Positions 1 to 10,866 are shown, numbered from the stretch's first letter. The stretch is 64,000 bases of DNA from an uncultured cyanobacterium (GCA_963744145.1 CAVUSO010000001.1:6016001-6080000); one strand, 5' to 3'. A program made the numbers and translations. The notes: a model not told the origin generated them from the letters alone.

Positions 1-1083
1 AATCCGGTAACTGCTAGGATTTCCGGTACTGTGACCCAAATCTTGGTGGATGACAATCAGACAGTCTCTCAAGGGGCACTCTTGGTAAAGCTTGATCCCA
101 ACGATTATCAGGTAAGTTTGCAGCAAGCTCAAGCAGCATTAGAAGCTTCGGTTCGACAAGCAGACGTGGCGAAAACTAATATTGGTGTAGGAGCAACTAA
201 TGCTCAAGGACAAACAACTACTGCTCAGGGAAACATTGATGCAGCAGCAGCAGTTATAGCAACGAATCAGGCTGCCCTAGCAGAAGCCCAAGCAGGGGTG
301 CCAGTGGTGCAAGCACAGTTAGCTGGGGTGGAAGCTAATCTTACCAAAGCGCAGTTGGACTATCAACGATATGCAGAACTTGTTGAGGAAGGAGCAGTGT
401 CACGGCAACAGTATGATTCAGCCAAAGCCACCTATGAGGCATTGATCGCCCAACGAGATGCCATGAAGGAACAGGTTAATCAAGCCCGGGCGAGGGTAGC
501 CCAAGCACAAGAAAACCTGACTAATGCCCAAGCAAAGCTGGAATCTTCCAAAGGTGGCTTACAGCAAGCAGACGCGACCAACCAGCAGACATTAGCCAGC
601 CAGCAGCAGTATAAAGTAGCTCTCGCCGCGATCGCCCAAGCCCAAACTCAAGTAAAAAATGCTCAACTACAGTTGAGCTATACCATCATCACTGCACCAG
701 TAGCTGGCATAATTGGCAACAAAACGGTAGAAATTGGTCAACGCGTACAACCGGGTCAAACTCTACTGTCTGTGGTTCAGGAACAGCCCTGGGTCGTTGC
801 CAACTTTAAGGAAACGCAATTAGAGAAGATGCAGCCCAATCAAGAAGTTGAGATTAAGCTCGACGCATTCCCTCAACACATATTTAAAGGCAAGGTAAAT
901 AGTATGGCTCCAGCTTCAGGGGCAAAATTTGCCCTACTGCCACCTGATAATTCTACAGGCAATTTCACTAAAATTGTCCAGCGTATCCCGATCAAAATTG
1001 TGTTTGAGCCTGAGAGCATCAAGGGCTATGAGGCGCGTATTACACCTGGTATGTCAGCAATTGTAACGGTCGAGACACGTTAA
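1..1083 (+). CDS. emrA: HlyD/EmrA-family membrane fusion protein (5'-truncated by window)
   Basis: The frame is open from base 1 (NPVTARISGTV...). It has lipoyl-like halves (V..G..LV.LD; I.AP..G.I), a long Ala/Gln coiled coil and the EmrA-type C-terminus FALLPPDNSTGNFTKIVQRIPIKI. It lies directly upstream of a DHA2 transporter. Confidence 0.9.
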   Translation, partial: NPVTARISGTVTQILVDDNQTVSQGALLVKLDPNDYQVSLQQAQAALEASVRQADVAKTNIGVGATNAQGQTTTAQGNIDAAAAVIATNQAALAEAQAGVPVVQAQLAGVEANLTKAQLDYQRYAELVEEGAVSRQQYDSAKATYEALIAQRDAMKEQVNQARARVAQAQENLTNAQAKLESSKGGLQQADATNQQTLASQQQYKVALAAIAQAQTQVKNAQLQLSYTIITAPVAGIIGNKTVEIGQRVQPGQTLLSVVQEQPWVVANFKETQLEKMQPNQEVEIKLDAFPQHIFKGKVNSMAPASGAKFALLPPDNSTGNFTKIVQRIPIKIVFEPESIKGYEARITPGMSAIVTVETR

Positions 1084-1108
1084 CAAATCATCATTCTCTC
1101 CCATACCT

Positions 1109-2695
1109 GTGACTACTACAAATTTAACCCATCGATCCACTACTAAGCTATCACCCCAATTAAGTACCAAAGACTGGATTGGTGTACTATCTACGCTCTT
1201 AGGAGCATTCATGGCAGTGCTGGATATCCAGATTACGAATGCCTCCTTGAATGATATTACTGGAGCTTTAGGTGCCACCATTGATGAAGGGTCTTGGATC
1301 TCTACAGGCTATCTGGTCGCTGAGATTATAGTGATTCCTCTGACTGGATGGCTATCCCAGATATTTTCTGTGCGACGCTACTTGCTGGTAAATGCGATCT
1401 TGTTTCTGCTGTTCTCTGTTGCTTGTGCCTGGGCTAGCAGTTTGCCAATCATGATTTTATTCCGGGCTGGCCAGGGATTTACCGGTGGAGTGCTGATTCC
1501 AATGGCATTTACGGTTATTTTGACTACTCTACCACCTGCAAAACAGCCGATCGGTTTAGCACTGTTTGCAATTACAGCAACTTTTGCCCCTTCAATTGGT
1601 CCGACAGTCGGAGGTTGGCTAACTGATAACTATAGCTGGCAATATATTTTTTATCTAAATGTGATTCCTGGATTGGCTTTGATTGCAGGCGTTTGGTATG
1701 CAATTCCATCCAAACCCATGCAACTAGAATTATTGAAACGTGGCGATTGGTGGGGCATTGCCACTATGGCGATCGGTCTGGCTTCGCTAGAGTTTTTTTT
1801 AGAGGAGGGCAATCGCAAGGATTGGCTTGGCTCTGAAGAGATCCAGCAAGCTGGGATCATTACTAGCTTGACTTTACCCCTCTTTATTTGGATTCAGTTT
1901 AGCCGGAAGCAACCCTTGCTCAATTTACGATTGCTAGGACAACGGAACTTTGGCATATCTATATTAGTTAATCTAGCAACTGGTTTGGGTCTCTACGGTT
2001 CTGTTTATATCTTGCCCCTATTCTTAGCCCAAATTGCAGGCTACAATGCCATGACCATTGGTGAAACCATCATGTGGGCAGGTATTCCTCAGTTGTTTAT
2101 TATTCCCTTCATGCCTCGGGTAATGCAGCGATTCGATCTACGCATCCTAATCGCTATGGGACTGATCTTGTTTGGGATTAGTTGTTTTATGAATTCATCA
2201 TTGACCTACGATACTGGACTGGATCAATTACGTTGGTCTCAGATTGTGCGAGCTTTAGGTCAACCGTTTGTTATTACTCCGCTTTCCAGTGTAGCTACTG
2301 CTGGGATTGAGCCTAAGCAAATTGGTTCTGCTTCTGCTGTATTTAACGTCTCTCGTAACTTGGGAGGTTCGCTCGGCATTGCTATTTTAGGCACCCTTCA
2401 ATCTGTCCGGGAACGCTTTCACTCCAATAGATTAGTTGAAGCAATTTCTTTGAGCAACCCAATTACTCGCGATCGCCTAGATCAACTCACCCAGTTTTTC
2501 CTAACTAAGAACGGCGATCCGGTTATGGCTCAAAATCAAGCCTATTCAATGCTCGACAAACTTACACGCCGAGAAGCTAATGTGATGGCATATAACGACT
2601 GCTTTTTCTTTATGGGCTGCGCTTTAGTTGCTGCGGCCCTATTAACATTATGCTTCAAGAAGGTGAAGCCAACCGGAGGAGCTGTTGGGCATTAA
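1109..2695 (+). CDS. emrB: DHA2-family (EmrB/QacA) 14-TM MFS efflux transporter
   Basis: Motifs LGAFMAVLDIQITN, WISTGYLVAEII and FRAGQGFTGG, many TM segments, and an operon with emrA. Confidence 0.9.
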   Translation: MTTTNLTHRSTTKLSPQLSTKDWIGVLSTLLGAFMAVLDIQITNASLNDITGALGATIDEGSWISTGYLVAEIIVIPLTGWLSQIFSVRRYLLVNAILFLLFSVACAWASSLPIMILFRAGQGFTGGVLIPMAFTVILTTLPPAKQPIGLALFAITATFAPSIGPTVGGWLTDNYSWQYIFYLNVIPGLALIAGVWYAIPSKPMQLELLKRGDWWGIATMAIGLASLEFFLEEGNRKDWLGSEEIQQAGIITSLTLPLFIWIQFSRKQPLLNLRLLGQRNFGISILVNLATGLGLYGSVYILPLFLAQIAGYNAMTIGETIMWAGIPQLFIIPFMPRVMQRFDLRILIAMGLILFGISCFMNSSLTYDTGLDQLRWSQIVRALGQPFVITPLSSVATAGIEPKQIGSASAVFNVSRNLGGSLGIAILGTLQSVRERFHSNRLVEAISLSNPITRDRLDQLTQFFLTKNGDPVMAQNQAYSMLDKLTRREANVMAYNDCFFFMGCALVAAALLTLCFKKVKPTGGAVGH

Positions 2696-2719
2696 ATTAA
2701 CCCTATGGCTTTGATAGAT

Positions 2720-2938
2720 TTAGGGACGTGGAATTAAATCATTAAGATCGATTCCTAACCCAATCAACCGCTCACACTCTGGACAGTCATAGGTAGTTGG
2801 CGGACGCTCCATCGGTGGTAACTGATTTCCACAAGTTAAACAAGTTTTTGTGAACCGAGGCATTACACTTCGAGTCGTCGTCAGTACCATAATCTGGGTA
2901 AGTATACCAAGCCCAATTAGAATAAGCGCAGTAATCAT
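2720..2938 (-). CDS. Small membrane-anchored zinc-ribbon/CxxC protein (~72 aa)
   Basis: The ATG at 2938 gives a hydrophobic helix (MITALILIGLGILTQIMVL), then CLTC...CPEC. The ORF track extends it to a GTG at 2995. Confidence 0.55.
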   Translation of the reverse strand: MITALILIGLGILTQIMVLTTTRSVMPRFTKTCLTCGNQLPPMERPPTTYDCPECERLIGLGIDLNDLIPRP

Positions 2939-3048
2939 ATATATTACCGGAAAGGTATTTCTTAAAATATTAATATAAAATAGAAGCCCGCGCACCTGTT
3001 GAGAAAATACTTAATCTAGTCTAAATTTTTATTAAGAGTATGGAATGC

Positions 3049-4446
3049 TCAAGAATTTGTCAATGGTAAGCAAACGGTAAATCGCGTTCTGCCAGGTTTC
3101 GACTCAAAGGTAATTGTGCCATGATGGCGATTCTCTACAATTCGCCTGGTGGTTTCTAGTCCTAGTCCAGATCCCTGACCAACAGGTTTAGTAGTAAAGA
3201 AAGGTTCAAAAATTCGGGTTTGAATTTCCGGAGGGATGCCACTGCCAGAGTCAATGATATCTACTCGAGCCAATTGACCGCAATGCTGAGTTGTAATTTC
3301 TAGCAACCCTTTTCCTGCCATAGCATCGATCGCATTATCAATTAAGTTTGTCCACACCTGGTTCAGTTCGCTGCCATAGGCAAATAACTTTGGTAACTGG
3401 AGATCGTAATGGCGTTGGATCTGGATACCATATTTAAGTTTGTGTGTCAATAACCTTAATGTATCTTCTAGTCCTTGATGTAGGTTCACCTCTTGTTGTA
3501 CGCCCTGATCCAAATAGGAGTAAGACTTCATAGCCTGCACTAAATCTGCAATCCGTTCGGCACCATGCAATCCATGTTTAATCATCGACATCACTTCAAA
3601 GGAGAGCGCTAGCCAGTGCAAACCCATTTCCCGCAATTCAGTGGGATCATCTCGCCATCGTTCCATCAGCTGATCTAAAGTGGCGATCGCTACGCCCCCT
3701 TCCGCTAAGGGTAGGGCTAGTTTCCATGCTTGTTCCACACCATAGTCTTCTAACCAGGTGAGTAATTCATCTTCCCGATCGCTTAAGGTCGCTGGATCGA
3801 GGCGATCGTTGAGAATAACATCATATCCCCGATCGCGCGTCTGTACCCATTGCTCTGTATGGGCTGCTTCAACTTGGCGTTGCCCATAAACCAGGTTGAT
3901 GCGCTGAAGTTCTTGATTAGCCGCAGGCATTTTTCGCAAAGCACGAACTAATGCCGCCGCAGGATTATTAAGTTCATGGGCTAGACCCGCAGCCAGGGTG
4001 CCTAGGGCAGCCATTTTCTCCCTACCACGAATAAATGATTCTAGTCGGCGTGTGCGATCTTGCATAATCCGAAAGACGATGCGCTCAAAATCTCGGCACT
4101 CATGTAGTAGAGTCAGAAAATCATCGCCGACAATTTCATAAAGTCTACAGTCCCTAATAGCCCGGAAAGTTACAAGCCAAGGCTCATCAGTAAGAACGGG
4201 AATTTCGCCAAAGAATGAGGGTGCTTCATGTTGTCCGATGGGAATGTCATTACCTCCACTGCGACGGGTAATACTCAGTTGACCTGCCATCAAGATCAGT
4301 ATGCCCCGGGGTGCATCACCTTCCTGGATGAGAATTTCTCCAGGACCCAGGGCGATCGCTTGAGAACGATCGCACAGCCACTCTAGTCGATGCAGTGGAA
4401 GTTGATTAAAGGGTTCCAGTTTGATTAAATCTTCTGTACAAAGCAT
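3049..4446 (-). CDS. Cyclic-nucleotide-binding-domain sensor histidine kinase
   Basis: N-terminal cNMP-like domain (LIQEGD...FFGEIPVL), H-box LAHELNNP, N-box ELNQVWTNLIDNAIDA, and G-boxes DSGSGIP, FEPFFTTK and GSGLGL. Confidence 0.9.
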   Translation of the reverse strand: MLCTEDLIKLEPFNQLPLHRLEWLCDRSQAIALGPGEILIQEGDAPRGILILMAGQLSITRRSGGNDIPIGQHEAPSFFGEIPVLTDEPWLVTFRAIRDCRLYEIVGDDFLTLLHECRDFERIVFRIMQDRTRRLESFIRGREKMAALGTLAAGLAHELNNPAAALVRALRKMPAANQELQRINLVYGQRQVEAAHTEQWVQTRDRGYDVILNDRLDPATLSDREDELLTWLEDYGVEQAWKLALPLAEGGVAIATLDQLMERWRDDPTELREMGLHWLALSFEVMSMIKHGLHGAERIADLVQAMKSYSYLDQGVQQEVNLHQGLEDTLRLLTHKLKYGIQIQRHYDLQLPKLFAYGSELNQVWTNLIDNAIDAMAGKGLLEITTQHCGQLARVDIIDSGSGIPPEIQTRIFEPFFTTKPVGQGSGLGLETTRRIVENRHHGTITFESKPGRTRFTVCLPLTNS

Positions 4447-4464
4447 TCAGATCGTCTCCTGATG

Positions 4465-6129
4465 CTAACTTTTAGCCAGATAGCGATGGATAAGTTGCAC
4501 TGCGATCGCGCCTTCACCTACGCTAGATGCGACTCGTTTGATGGAGCCAGCACGCACATCTCCAGCAGCAAAAATTCCTGGAACACTGCTTTCTAGCAAG
4601 AAAGGAGGGCGATCGAGTTTCCAGCCTCGTAGAACTTTTCCAGTTTGCATCAAATCAGATCCTGTCAAGATAAACCCCTGAGCATCTCGTTCAACGATAC
4701 CCTCTAGCCAATCAGTTTTAGGAATGGCTCCAATAAAGATAAAAAGTGATTGAGCTGGGACGGTTTCAGTTGTGCCTAGTCTGCCATCTGCAATCACAAT
4801 TGCTTCCAAGTGCTGCTCTCCCTTTACCTCAACCACACTACAACAAGTGCAAACCTGGATGTTTTCAGTGGCAGCAATCTGGTCAATCAAATACTGGGAC
4901 ATATTAGCAGAAAGGGATTCACCTCGCACCAGCATGATGACTTTCCGGGCATATTTGGCAAAGTGCATCGCAGCTTGTCCAGCGGAGTTAGCCCCGCCAA
5001 CGAGATAGACATCTTCATTACGACAGGAGATCGCTTCGGTGATCGCCGCACCGTAATAGATACCTGCCCCTGTAAGTTTCTCAGCTCCAGGTATATTTAA
5101 CCAACGGTAGGAAACACCTGTGGCCACAAGTAGAGCATGGCAATTCAGTTCGTTGCCATCTGCAAATTGTAAAATTCGGTATGGATCTTTAAGCCTCATC
5201 CCGATGACGGTTTGAGGGGTCAAAATCTCTACTCCAAAACGTCTAGCCTGAGTGACTGCTCGTCTAGCTAAATCACTACCACTTAAGCCCACGGGAAACC
5301 CTAAATAGTTTTCAATGCGGGAACTAGAACCAGCTTGTCCTCCTGGTGCTTCGCGCTCAATTAAAACTGTGCTTAAGCCCTCAGAGGCACCATAGACAGC
5401 AGCAGCCAGTCCAGCTGGACCACCCCCGACAATCGCTAGGTCATAAAATGGTTGCTCTGCATGAGTTTTCAAGCCAATCTTTTCGGCGATCGCCATGTTA
5501 GATGGTTGAAGGAGACGGAAACCATCGGGAAATAAAACTAGGGGCAACTTTTGTTGATCGTCAGTTTCCACATCCTCCAGCAGTTTTCCGGCTTCTGGCT
5601 CCAATTCCAGATCTAACCACTCATAGGGAATTTGATTCCGTGCCAAAAAGTTTTTGATCTGATGGGAGGAGGGAGACCAGCGATGCCCTACTACCCGAAT
5701 CCCCTCAAAAGATGGACGGAAATTGGCTAACCAATCTTCCAGTAAGTCATCTAAAACTGGATAAAGCCGTTCTTCAGGTGGGTCCCAAGGTTTAAGCAGG
5801 TAGTAATCTAGTCGGGCACTATTGATCGACTGAATCGCTGTATCCGTATCAGCATAAGCAGTAAGTAACACCCGTTTTGCTAGGGGAAAAAGCTCTTTTG
5901 CTTGTTCAATGAACTCCACCCCACCCATCGAAGGCATCCGTTGATCGACCAGAAATAGGGCAACAGGTTCATTTCGCAATTTTAGTTTCTGCAATACATC
6001 CAAAGCGACAATACCAGACTCAGCTCTGACAATGCGAAAGCGATCGCCATATTGATACCGCAAATCCTGGGAGACCGCTTGCAAAACGTCTGGATCATCA
6101 TCAACTGTAAGGACGACAGGTTTAGCCAT
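4465..6129 (-). CDS. Response-regulator receiver / glutaredoxin-fold / thioredoxin-reductase-like FAD oxidoreductase fusion
   Basis: REC domain (VDDD, DQRMP, LLTAY, KPW), then FAD motif GGGPAG, NAD(P)H motif GGANSAG and C-terminal GIFAAGDVR. Confidence 0.9.
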   Translation of the reverse strand: MAKPVVLTVDDDPDVLQAVSQDLRYQYGDRFRIVRAESGIVALDVLQKLKLRNEPVALFLVDQRMPSMGGVEFIEQAKELFPLAKRVLLTAYADTDTAIQSINSARLDYYLLKPWDPPEERLYPVLDDLLEDWLANFRPSFEGIRVVGHRWSPSSHQIKNFLARNQIPYEWLDLELEPEAGKLLEDVETDDQQKLPLVLFPDGFRLLQPSNMAIAEKIGLKTHAEQPFYDLAIVGGGPAGLAAAVYGASEGLSTVLIEREAPGGQAGSSSRIENYLGFPVGLSGSDLARRAVTQARRFGVEILTPQTVIGMRLKDPYRILQFADGNELNCHALLVATGVSYRWLNIPGAEKLTGAGIYYGAAITEAISCRNEDVYLVGGANSAGQAAMHFAKYARKVIMLVRGESLSANMSQYLIDQIAATENIQVCTCCSVVEVKGEQHLEAIVIADGRLGTTETVPAQSLFIFIGAIPKTDWLEGIVERDAQGFILTGSDLMQTGKVLRGWKLDRPPFLLESSVPGIFAAGDVRAGSIKRVASSVGEGAIAVQLIHRYLAKS

Positions 6130-6345
6130 TAAATTTACCCGTTATTTCTAATAAAATAGACTCGTTACAATAGCTAGGAATTAACCAATGGTTCTGCAAC
6201 TTACTCCTACAAAAAAAAGAACCTGATCTACTCTTGTAGCTTTATCCTCTTGATTTTCCGAGGTTTTCGGACTATATTTTCGGGATTCTGCTGATTTTTT
6301 TCTGGAGATTTTTTGGTGGTTTTTCGAGGTGATTCGCTACAATAT

Positions 6346-7566
6346 TTAATTGCTCCCAGCTACTGGTATCTGAGATGCTTCAGTTAAATTAGTATGTCTC
6401 CAACCCTGATTAAACCCTCTATTTTCATACCAAATTTCGTGAATTTGCCCATCTGTACCTCGGTAAACTATATGCTGACTTCCCAATACATAACCAAAAG
6501 GATTTCCTGCTGCTGCTGGTGCTTTGGCTGACTGAGTTAAATTATCATAACGCCACTTACTATTAAACAGACTATGATCAAACCATAATTCATTAATATT
6601 GCCATCGGCACTAAGATAAACCAGATGTAAACTTCTCAACGAATAAGCACTTGGTTGTCCGATCGCTAAAGGTGCTTTAGTTTCTGTGGTTAAATCAGTA
6701 TGACGCCACTTTTGACTAAACCCTTGAGTATTAAACCAAAGTTCATGGATATGATGATCTATTCCTCGGTAAATTACGTGCAGATTTTCTAACACATATC
6801 CAATTGGTTCTGATGCTGCTAATGGTGCTTGAGCTTCTGCTGTAATATTCGAGTGTTGCCATTTATTTCGATCGAACCAAACTTCATGAATCTGATGATC
6901 TACAGCTCGATAGACAACGTGCAAAGTCCCTAAGGAATATCCCGATGGATTACCTACTGCTAAAGGTGCTTTAGCTTCCTCAGTAATATTTTCATGTTTC
7001 CATTGATTCCCTTCAAACCAGATTTCGTGGATATGATCATCTATTCCCCGATAAATAACGTGCAAACTATTCAGGACATAACCAACAGGTTCCCCTTTAC
7101 TCAAGGGTGCTTGAGCTGCTTGGGTTAAATCAACATGAATCCATTTACCATGATCAAACCAGATTTCGTGAATGTGATGATCTATGCCTTGGTAAACTAT
7201 GTGCAAACTACCGAGGGAATAACCATAAGGATTCCCAATGATTGGTGGAGCGTTACTTTCCTGGGTCAAATCAGCTTGTTTCCACTTCCCACCATCAAAC
7301 CAAATTTCGTGGATGTGACTATCTGGACCTCGATAAAGGACGTGCTGACTTCCGAGAGAATAACCCAATGGATCTCCCAGAACTGGCTCAGGATTGACCA
7401 CTGAAACGCGATCGCGATGATCTTGACTTAACCAACTAGGATGAGACCCACTCAATGCAGCTAATGTAACTTTCGTTACTGCCAACGGTGGGAATAAGCC
7501 CATATAAATAACCAGAAGCGTAGCAGTACAAGATTGACCTAATCTAGCCAGAAGCAGTTTATTCAT
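6346..7566 (-). CDS. Secreted seven-repeat beta-propeller, fucose-binding/PLL-like lectin
   Basis: The probable start is ATG 7566 (MNKLLLARLG..., signal-like hydrophobic stretch). It is followed by seven ~47-51 aa repeats of G.P.GY.L.S.H..YRG.D.HIHE.WF....W.H..LT. Confidence 0.7.
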   Translation of the reverse strand: MNKLLLARLGQSCTATLLVIYMGLFPPLAVTKVTLAALSGSHPSWLSQDHRDRVSVVNPEPVLGDPLGYSLGSQHVLYRGPDSHIHEIWFDGGKWKQADLTQESNAPPIIGNPYGYSLGSLHIVYQGIDHHIHEIWFDHGKWIHVDLTQAAQAPLSKGEPVGYVLNSLHVIYRGIDDHIHEIWFEGNQWKHENITEEAKAPLAVGNPSGYSLGTLHVVYRAVDHQIHEVWFDRNKWQHSNITAEAQAPLAASEPIGYVLENLHVIYRGIDHHIHELWFNTQGFSQKWRHTDLTTETKAPLAIGQPSAYSLRSLHLVYLSADGNINELWFDHSLFNSKWRYDNLTQSAKAPAAAGNPFGYVLGSQHIVYRGTDGQIHEIWYENRGFNQGWRHTNLTEASQIPVAGSN

Positions 7567-7745
7567 AAATATGTTAAAAGTCTTTCTGAGTAAAGGGATG
7601 AGTACCAGATCAGAGCAGGCGATCGGCAAAAAAAGATTGGCATCTTTCCGATCTTAATATCTTCTTTACAAGACAATTTGCGGGATCGGGCTAACCTTAA
7701 GTCAATTATCATTTACGAAAAATACACAATTCCCCAAGAAATCTT

Positions 7746-9173
7746 ATGACACAGCAGAGCTTTGGTGTAATTGGGCTAGCCGTTATGGGCGAAAATCTAG
7801 CACTAAATGTGGAGCGCAATGGTTTTCCCATCTCAGTCTATAACCGCTCAAGTGATAAAACTGAAGCCTTTATGGCAACAAGGGCCCAGGGCAAAAATGC
7901 TAAAGGAACCTATTCGATCGAAGAATTTGTCCAATCCCTGGAACGTCCCCGCAAAATTTTGATTATGGTGAAAGCGGGGGCTCCAGTTGATGCGGTGATT
8001 GAACAATTAAAACCTTTGCTCGATGAGGGTGACATTATCATTGATGGGGGTAATTCTCTCTATGAAGATACTGCCCGTCGGACTCGTGCTTTAGAATCTG
8101 CTAAGTTCAGATTTATCGGGATGGGTGTTAGTGGTGGTGAAGAAGGGGCTCTCTATGGACCCAGTTTAATGCCCGGAGGAACCAAAAGTTCCTATGAATA
8201 TTTAGCACCAATTCTGACCAAGATTGCGGCTCAGGTTGATGATGGTCCCTGTGTGACTTATATTGGCCCTGAAGGTGCGGGTCATTATGTGAAGATGGTC
8301 CATAATGGGATTGAGTATGGTGATATGCAACTAATTGCAGAAGCTTATGACCTACTCAAAAATGCCCTGGGATTGGATCATAATCAGTTACATGAAGTAT
8401 TTGCAGAATGGAATCAAACGGAGGAACTCAATTCCTATTTGATTGAAATTACGGCTGATATCTTTAAGGTGATTGATCCAGATACGGGTAAACCCATTGT
8501 TGATCTGATTCTGGATGCGGCTGGACAAAAAGGGACTGGTCGCTGGACGGTGCAAAGTGCTTTAGAATTGGGTGTGTCGATTCCGACTATTATTGCCGCA
8601 GTAAATGGTCGGATCATTTCTAGTTACAAACAAGAGCGAGTAGCTGCGTCTAAGCTTTTAACTGGTCCGAGTGGTCAGTATCAAGGGGATAGTAAAGCTT
8701 TTATCAATATGATTCGGGATGCGCTCTATTGCTCGAAAATTTGTTCCTACGCTCAAGGAATGGCTCTATTAAGCACAGCATCCAATGTCTATCACTATGA
8801 TCTGAATCTGAGCGAAATTTCCCGGATTTGGAAAGGTGGTTGTATTATTCGCGCTGGATTTTTGAATAAAATCAAACACGCTTTTAATGAGAATCCAGCT
8901 TTACCGAATTTATTGTTAGCTCCCGAGTTTAAACAGACCATCTTAGATCGTCAAGATGCTTGGAGAGAAGTATTAGCTCAAGCAGCTAAATTGGGAATTC
9001 CTGTTCCAGCATTCAGTGCTTCCCTCGATTATTTTGACAGCTATCGTCGCGATCGCTTACCTCAAAATCTCACTCAAGCACAACGTGATTATTTTGGGGC
9101 TCATACCTATGAGCGGATTGATAAACCTGGTTCTTTCCATACAGAATGGATTGCTAGCAGTCACGAAACTTGA
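7746..9173 (+). CDS. gnd: 6-phosphogluconate dehydrogenase, NADP-dependent
   Basis: [49 protein letters not shown]. Confidence 0.98.
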   Translation: MTQQSFGVIGLAVMGENLALNVERNGFPISVYNRSSDKTEAFMATRAQGKNAKGTYSIEEFVQSLERPRKILIMVKAGAPVDAVIEQLKPLLDEGDIIIDGGNSLYEDTARRTRALESAKFRFIGMGVSGGEEGALYGPSLMPGGTKSSYEYLAPILTKIAAQVDDGPCVTYIGPEGAGHYVKMVHNGIEYGDMQLIAEAYDLLKNALGLDHNQLHEVFAEWNQTEELNSYLIEITADIFKVIDPDTGKPIVDLILDAAGQKGTGRWTVQSALELGVSIPTIIAAVNGRIISSYKQERVAASKLLTGPSGQYQGDSKAFINMIRDALYCSKICSYAQGMALLSTASNVYHYDLNLSEISRIWKGGCIIRAGFLNKIKHAFNENPALPNLLLAPEFKQTILDRQDAWREVLAQAAKLGIPVPAFSASLDYFDSYRRDRLPQNLTQAQRDYFGAHTYERIDKPGSFHTEWIASSHET

Positions 9174-9429
9174 TCCAATTCCACACCTCAAGGATATCAA
9201 GCTAAAAAGTCTCTAGAAACCCTTAGTTATACTAAGAGTTAAATCATTTAATCACCCGTTTCTTCTGAGAATACGGGTTTTTTTAATCTCAATAACTCTT
9301 GTTAATCACTAATTTGCAAAGATTTTTAAGGATGCGGTGAACCTGGTATAATTCGTTACCACGATGGCGAAGTTCAAATATATTTGATGTAGTATAATGG
9401 GGTATTTCTCCGTTGACTAATTTGGTCTA

Positions 9430-10866
9430 TTACTGTGCTTTCCAAACCCCATGAAATCCGATCGGAATAACACTAGGTAAACCTAACTTGCAAACAGGTT
9501 CATCATCTAGTCGATCGCGATCAAAAATCCAAACTTCACTAGCATCTCGATTACCATTATAAACCACAGTCAACACCCAACTTTGACTAGGATTTAAACG
9601 ATCGATCACATAAATTGGTTCGACTGGATAATAATTTTCTCCAAATTTAGCAATAGTCAGAGTCTGAGTTTGGGTATCAAAACGAGCGATCGTATTATAT
9701 AACTCATGAGTAGCATCAACCTCGGTCGTATGTACACACAAATAAGTAGAGCGAGCATATTGCCCTATTTCTAACTGCGACACAACGGGAAATTCACAAG
9801 AATAATCTAAGATTTCCTCAATTCTGATTACTTTTGAGTTTTGTACATCTAAACATACTTGCCATAACGTAGCCAAAGCCTTAGTATGAGTTTGTCCAGT
9901 AGCGATCTCTTGTAAACGTTGATTAATGGCAAAATCTTCATAACGCACTACATCCACAATCACATTACCATTTGGTGCCACATAACCATTACTAAAATGC
10001 CATTGAAACCAAGGTTCTGTTTCTATTTGACTAACTAATGATAGACTTTCTTGATCAAAGATTAAAATCCTTGTTCCTAGACTTGGTTTCCATTCTAAAC
10101 AATGGCTATAAGAACCTAATCCAGCTAGGAGTGGTAGTATATTTAACTGGATGGGGGATATAAAAAATACTAAATATGGTCCAGCTAAAACGAAATCGTG
10201 ACAGAGGGGAATTCCTTTTAGGGAAAAAGCTGATTGTTGGACAATTTTACCATCAGGATTACTTTGATAAAGATGGAGTTGACTATTGCTGTTTTTAATA
10301 GTCATCCCAAAATTAAATATTTTGCCAGTAACTGGATCGCGTTTATAATGAGCAGAATAGGAAAAGTTATTCTTTAATCCCCCTAAATCATCTTCTCCCC
10401 AAGTCGTCAAAGTTTGTAAATCTAAAGCATAAGGTTTACCACCTTCCCATAATGCTAACAATTTATTTGGTAAAGCCATCACAGAAGTATTAGCGGAATT
10501 TTTGGGTGGTTTACCCCAGCGTTCCCAAATACTTGGCGCAATCATGCCATAATTACTATAGAGATATTTTCCCGCTTTCGATTCCTTGAGATAACCCTCG
10601 GTTTCCACATAACGATAGATTCCAGTTACTCCTTCATCGGTAAAATGGAGAGCCAGAATTGCCCCATCTCCATCAAACCAATGTCCCACAGAAGTTGTTC
10701 CTCTGGTTAAACGTCCCGGTCCATTCCGATAAAGAGTTCCCCGTAATCCCAAGGGAATTATACCGCTAATAATTTCTATAGGAGTCAGGGGAAACTCGGA
10801 CGCAGATTGGGATATAGCTTTTGACCAAGCTTTTCGATGGGAGGGTTGAGTTTGGGTTGGTGACAT
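9430..10866 (-). CDS. Carotenoid cleavage oxygenase (RPE65/CCD family)
   Basis: GTLYRNGPG, HWFDGDG, SAHYKRDP, HDF, FQWHF, EFP and terminal GFHG. The four Fe-ligand histidines are recognisable. Confidence 0.9.
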   Translation of the reverse strand: MSPTQTQPSHRKAWSKAISQSASEFPLTPIEIISGIIPLGLRGTLYRNGPGRLTRGTTSVGHWFDGDGAILALHFTDEGVTGIYRYVETEGYLKESKAGKYLYSNYGMIAPSIWERWGKPPKNSANTSVMALPNKLLALWEGGKPYALDLQTLTTWGEDDLGGLKNNFSYSAHYKRDPVTGKIFNFGMTIKNSNSQLHLYQSNPDGKIVQQSAFSLKGIPLCHDFVLAGPYLVFFISPIQLNILPLLAGLGSYSHCLEWKPSLGTRILIFDQESLSLVSQIETEPWFQWHFSNGYVAPNGNVIVDVVRYEDFAINQRLQEIATGQTHTKALATLWQVCLDVQNSKVIRIEEILDYSCEFPVVSQLEIGQYARSTYLCVHTTEVDATHELYNTIARFDTQTQTLTIAKFGENYYPVEPIYVIDRLNPSQSWVLTVVYNGNRDASEVWIFDRDRLDDEPVCKLGLPSVIPIGFHGVWKAQ

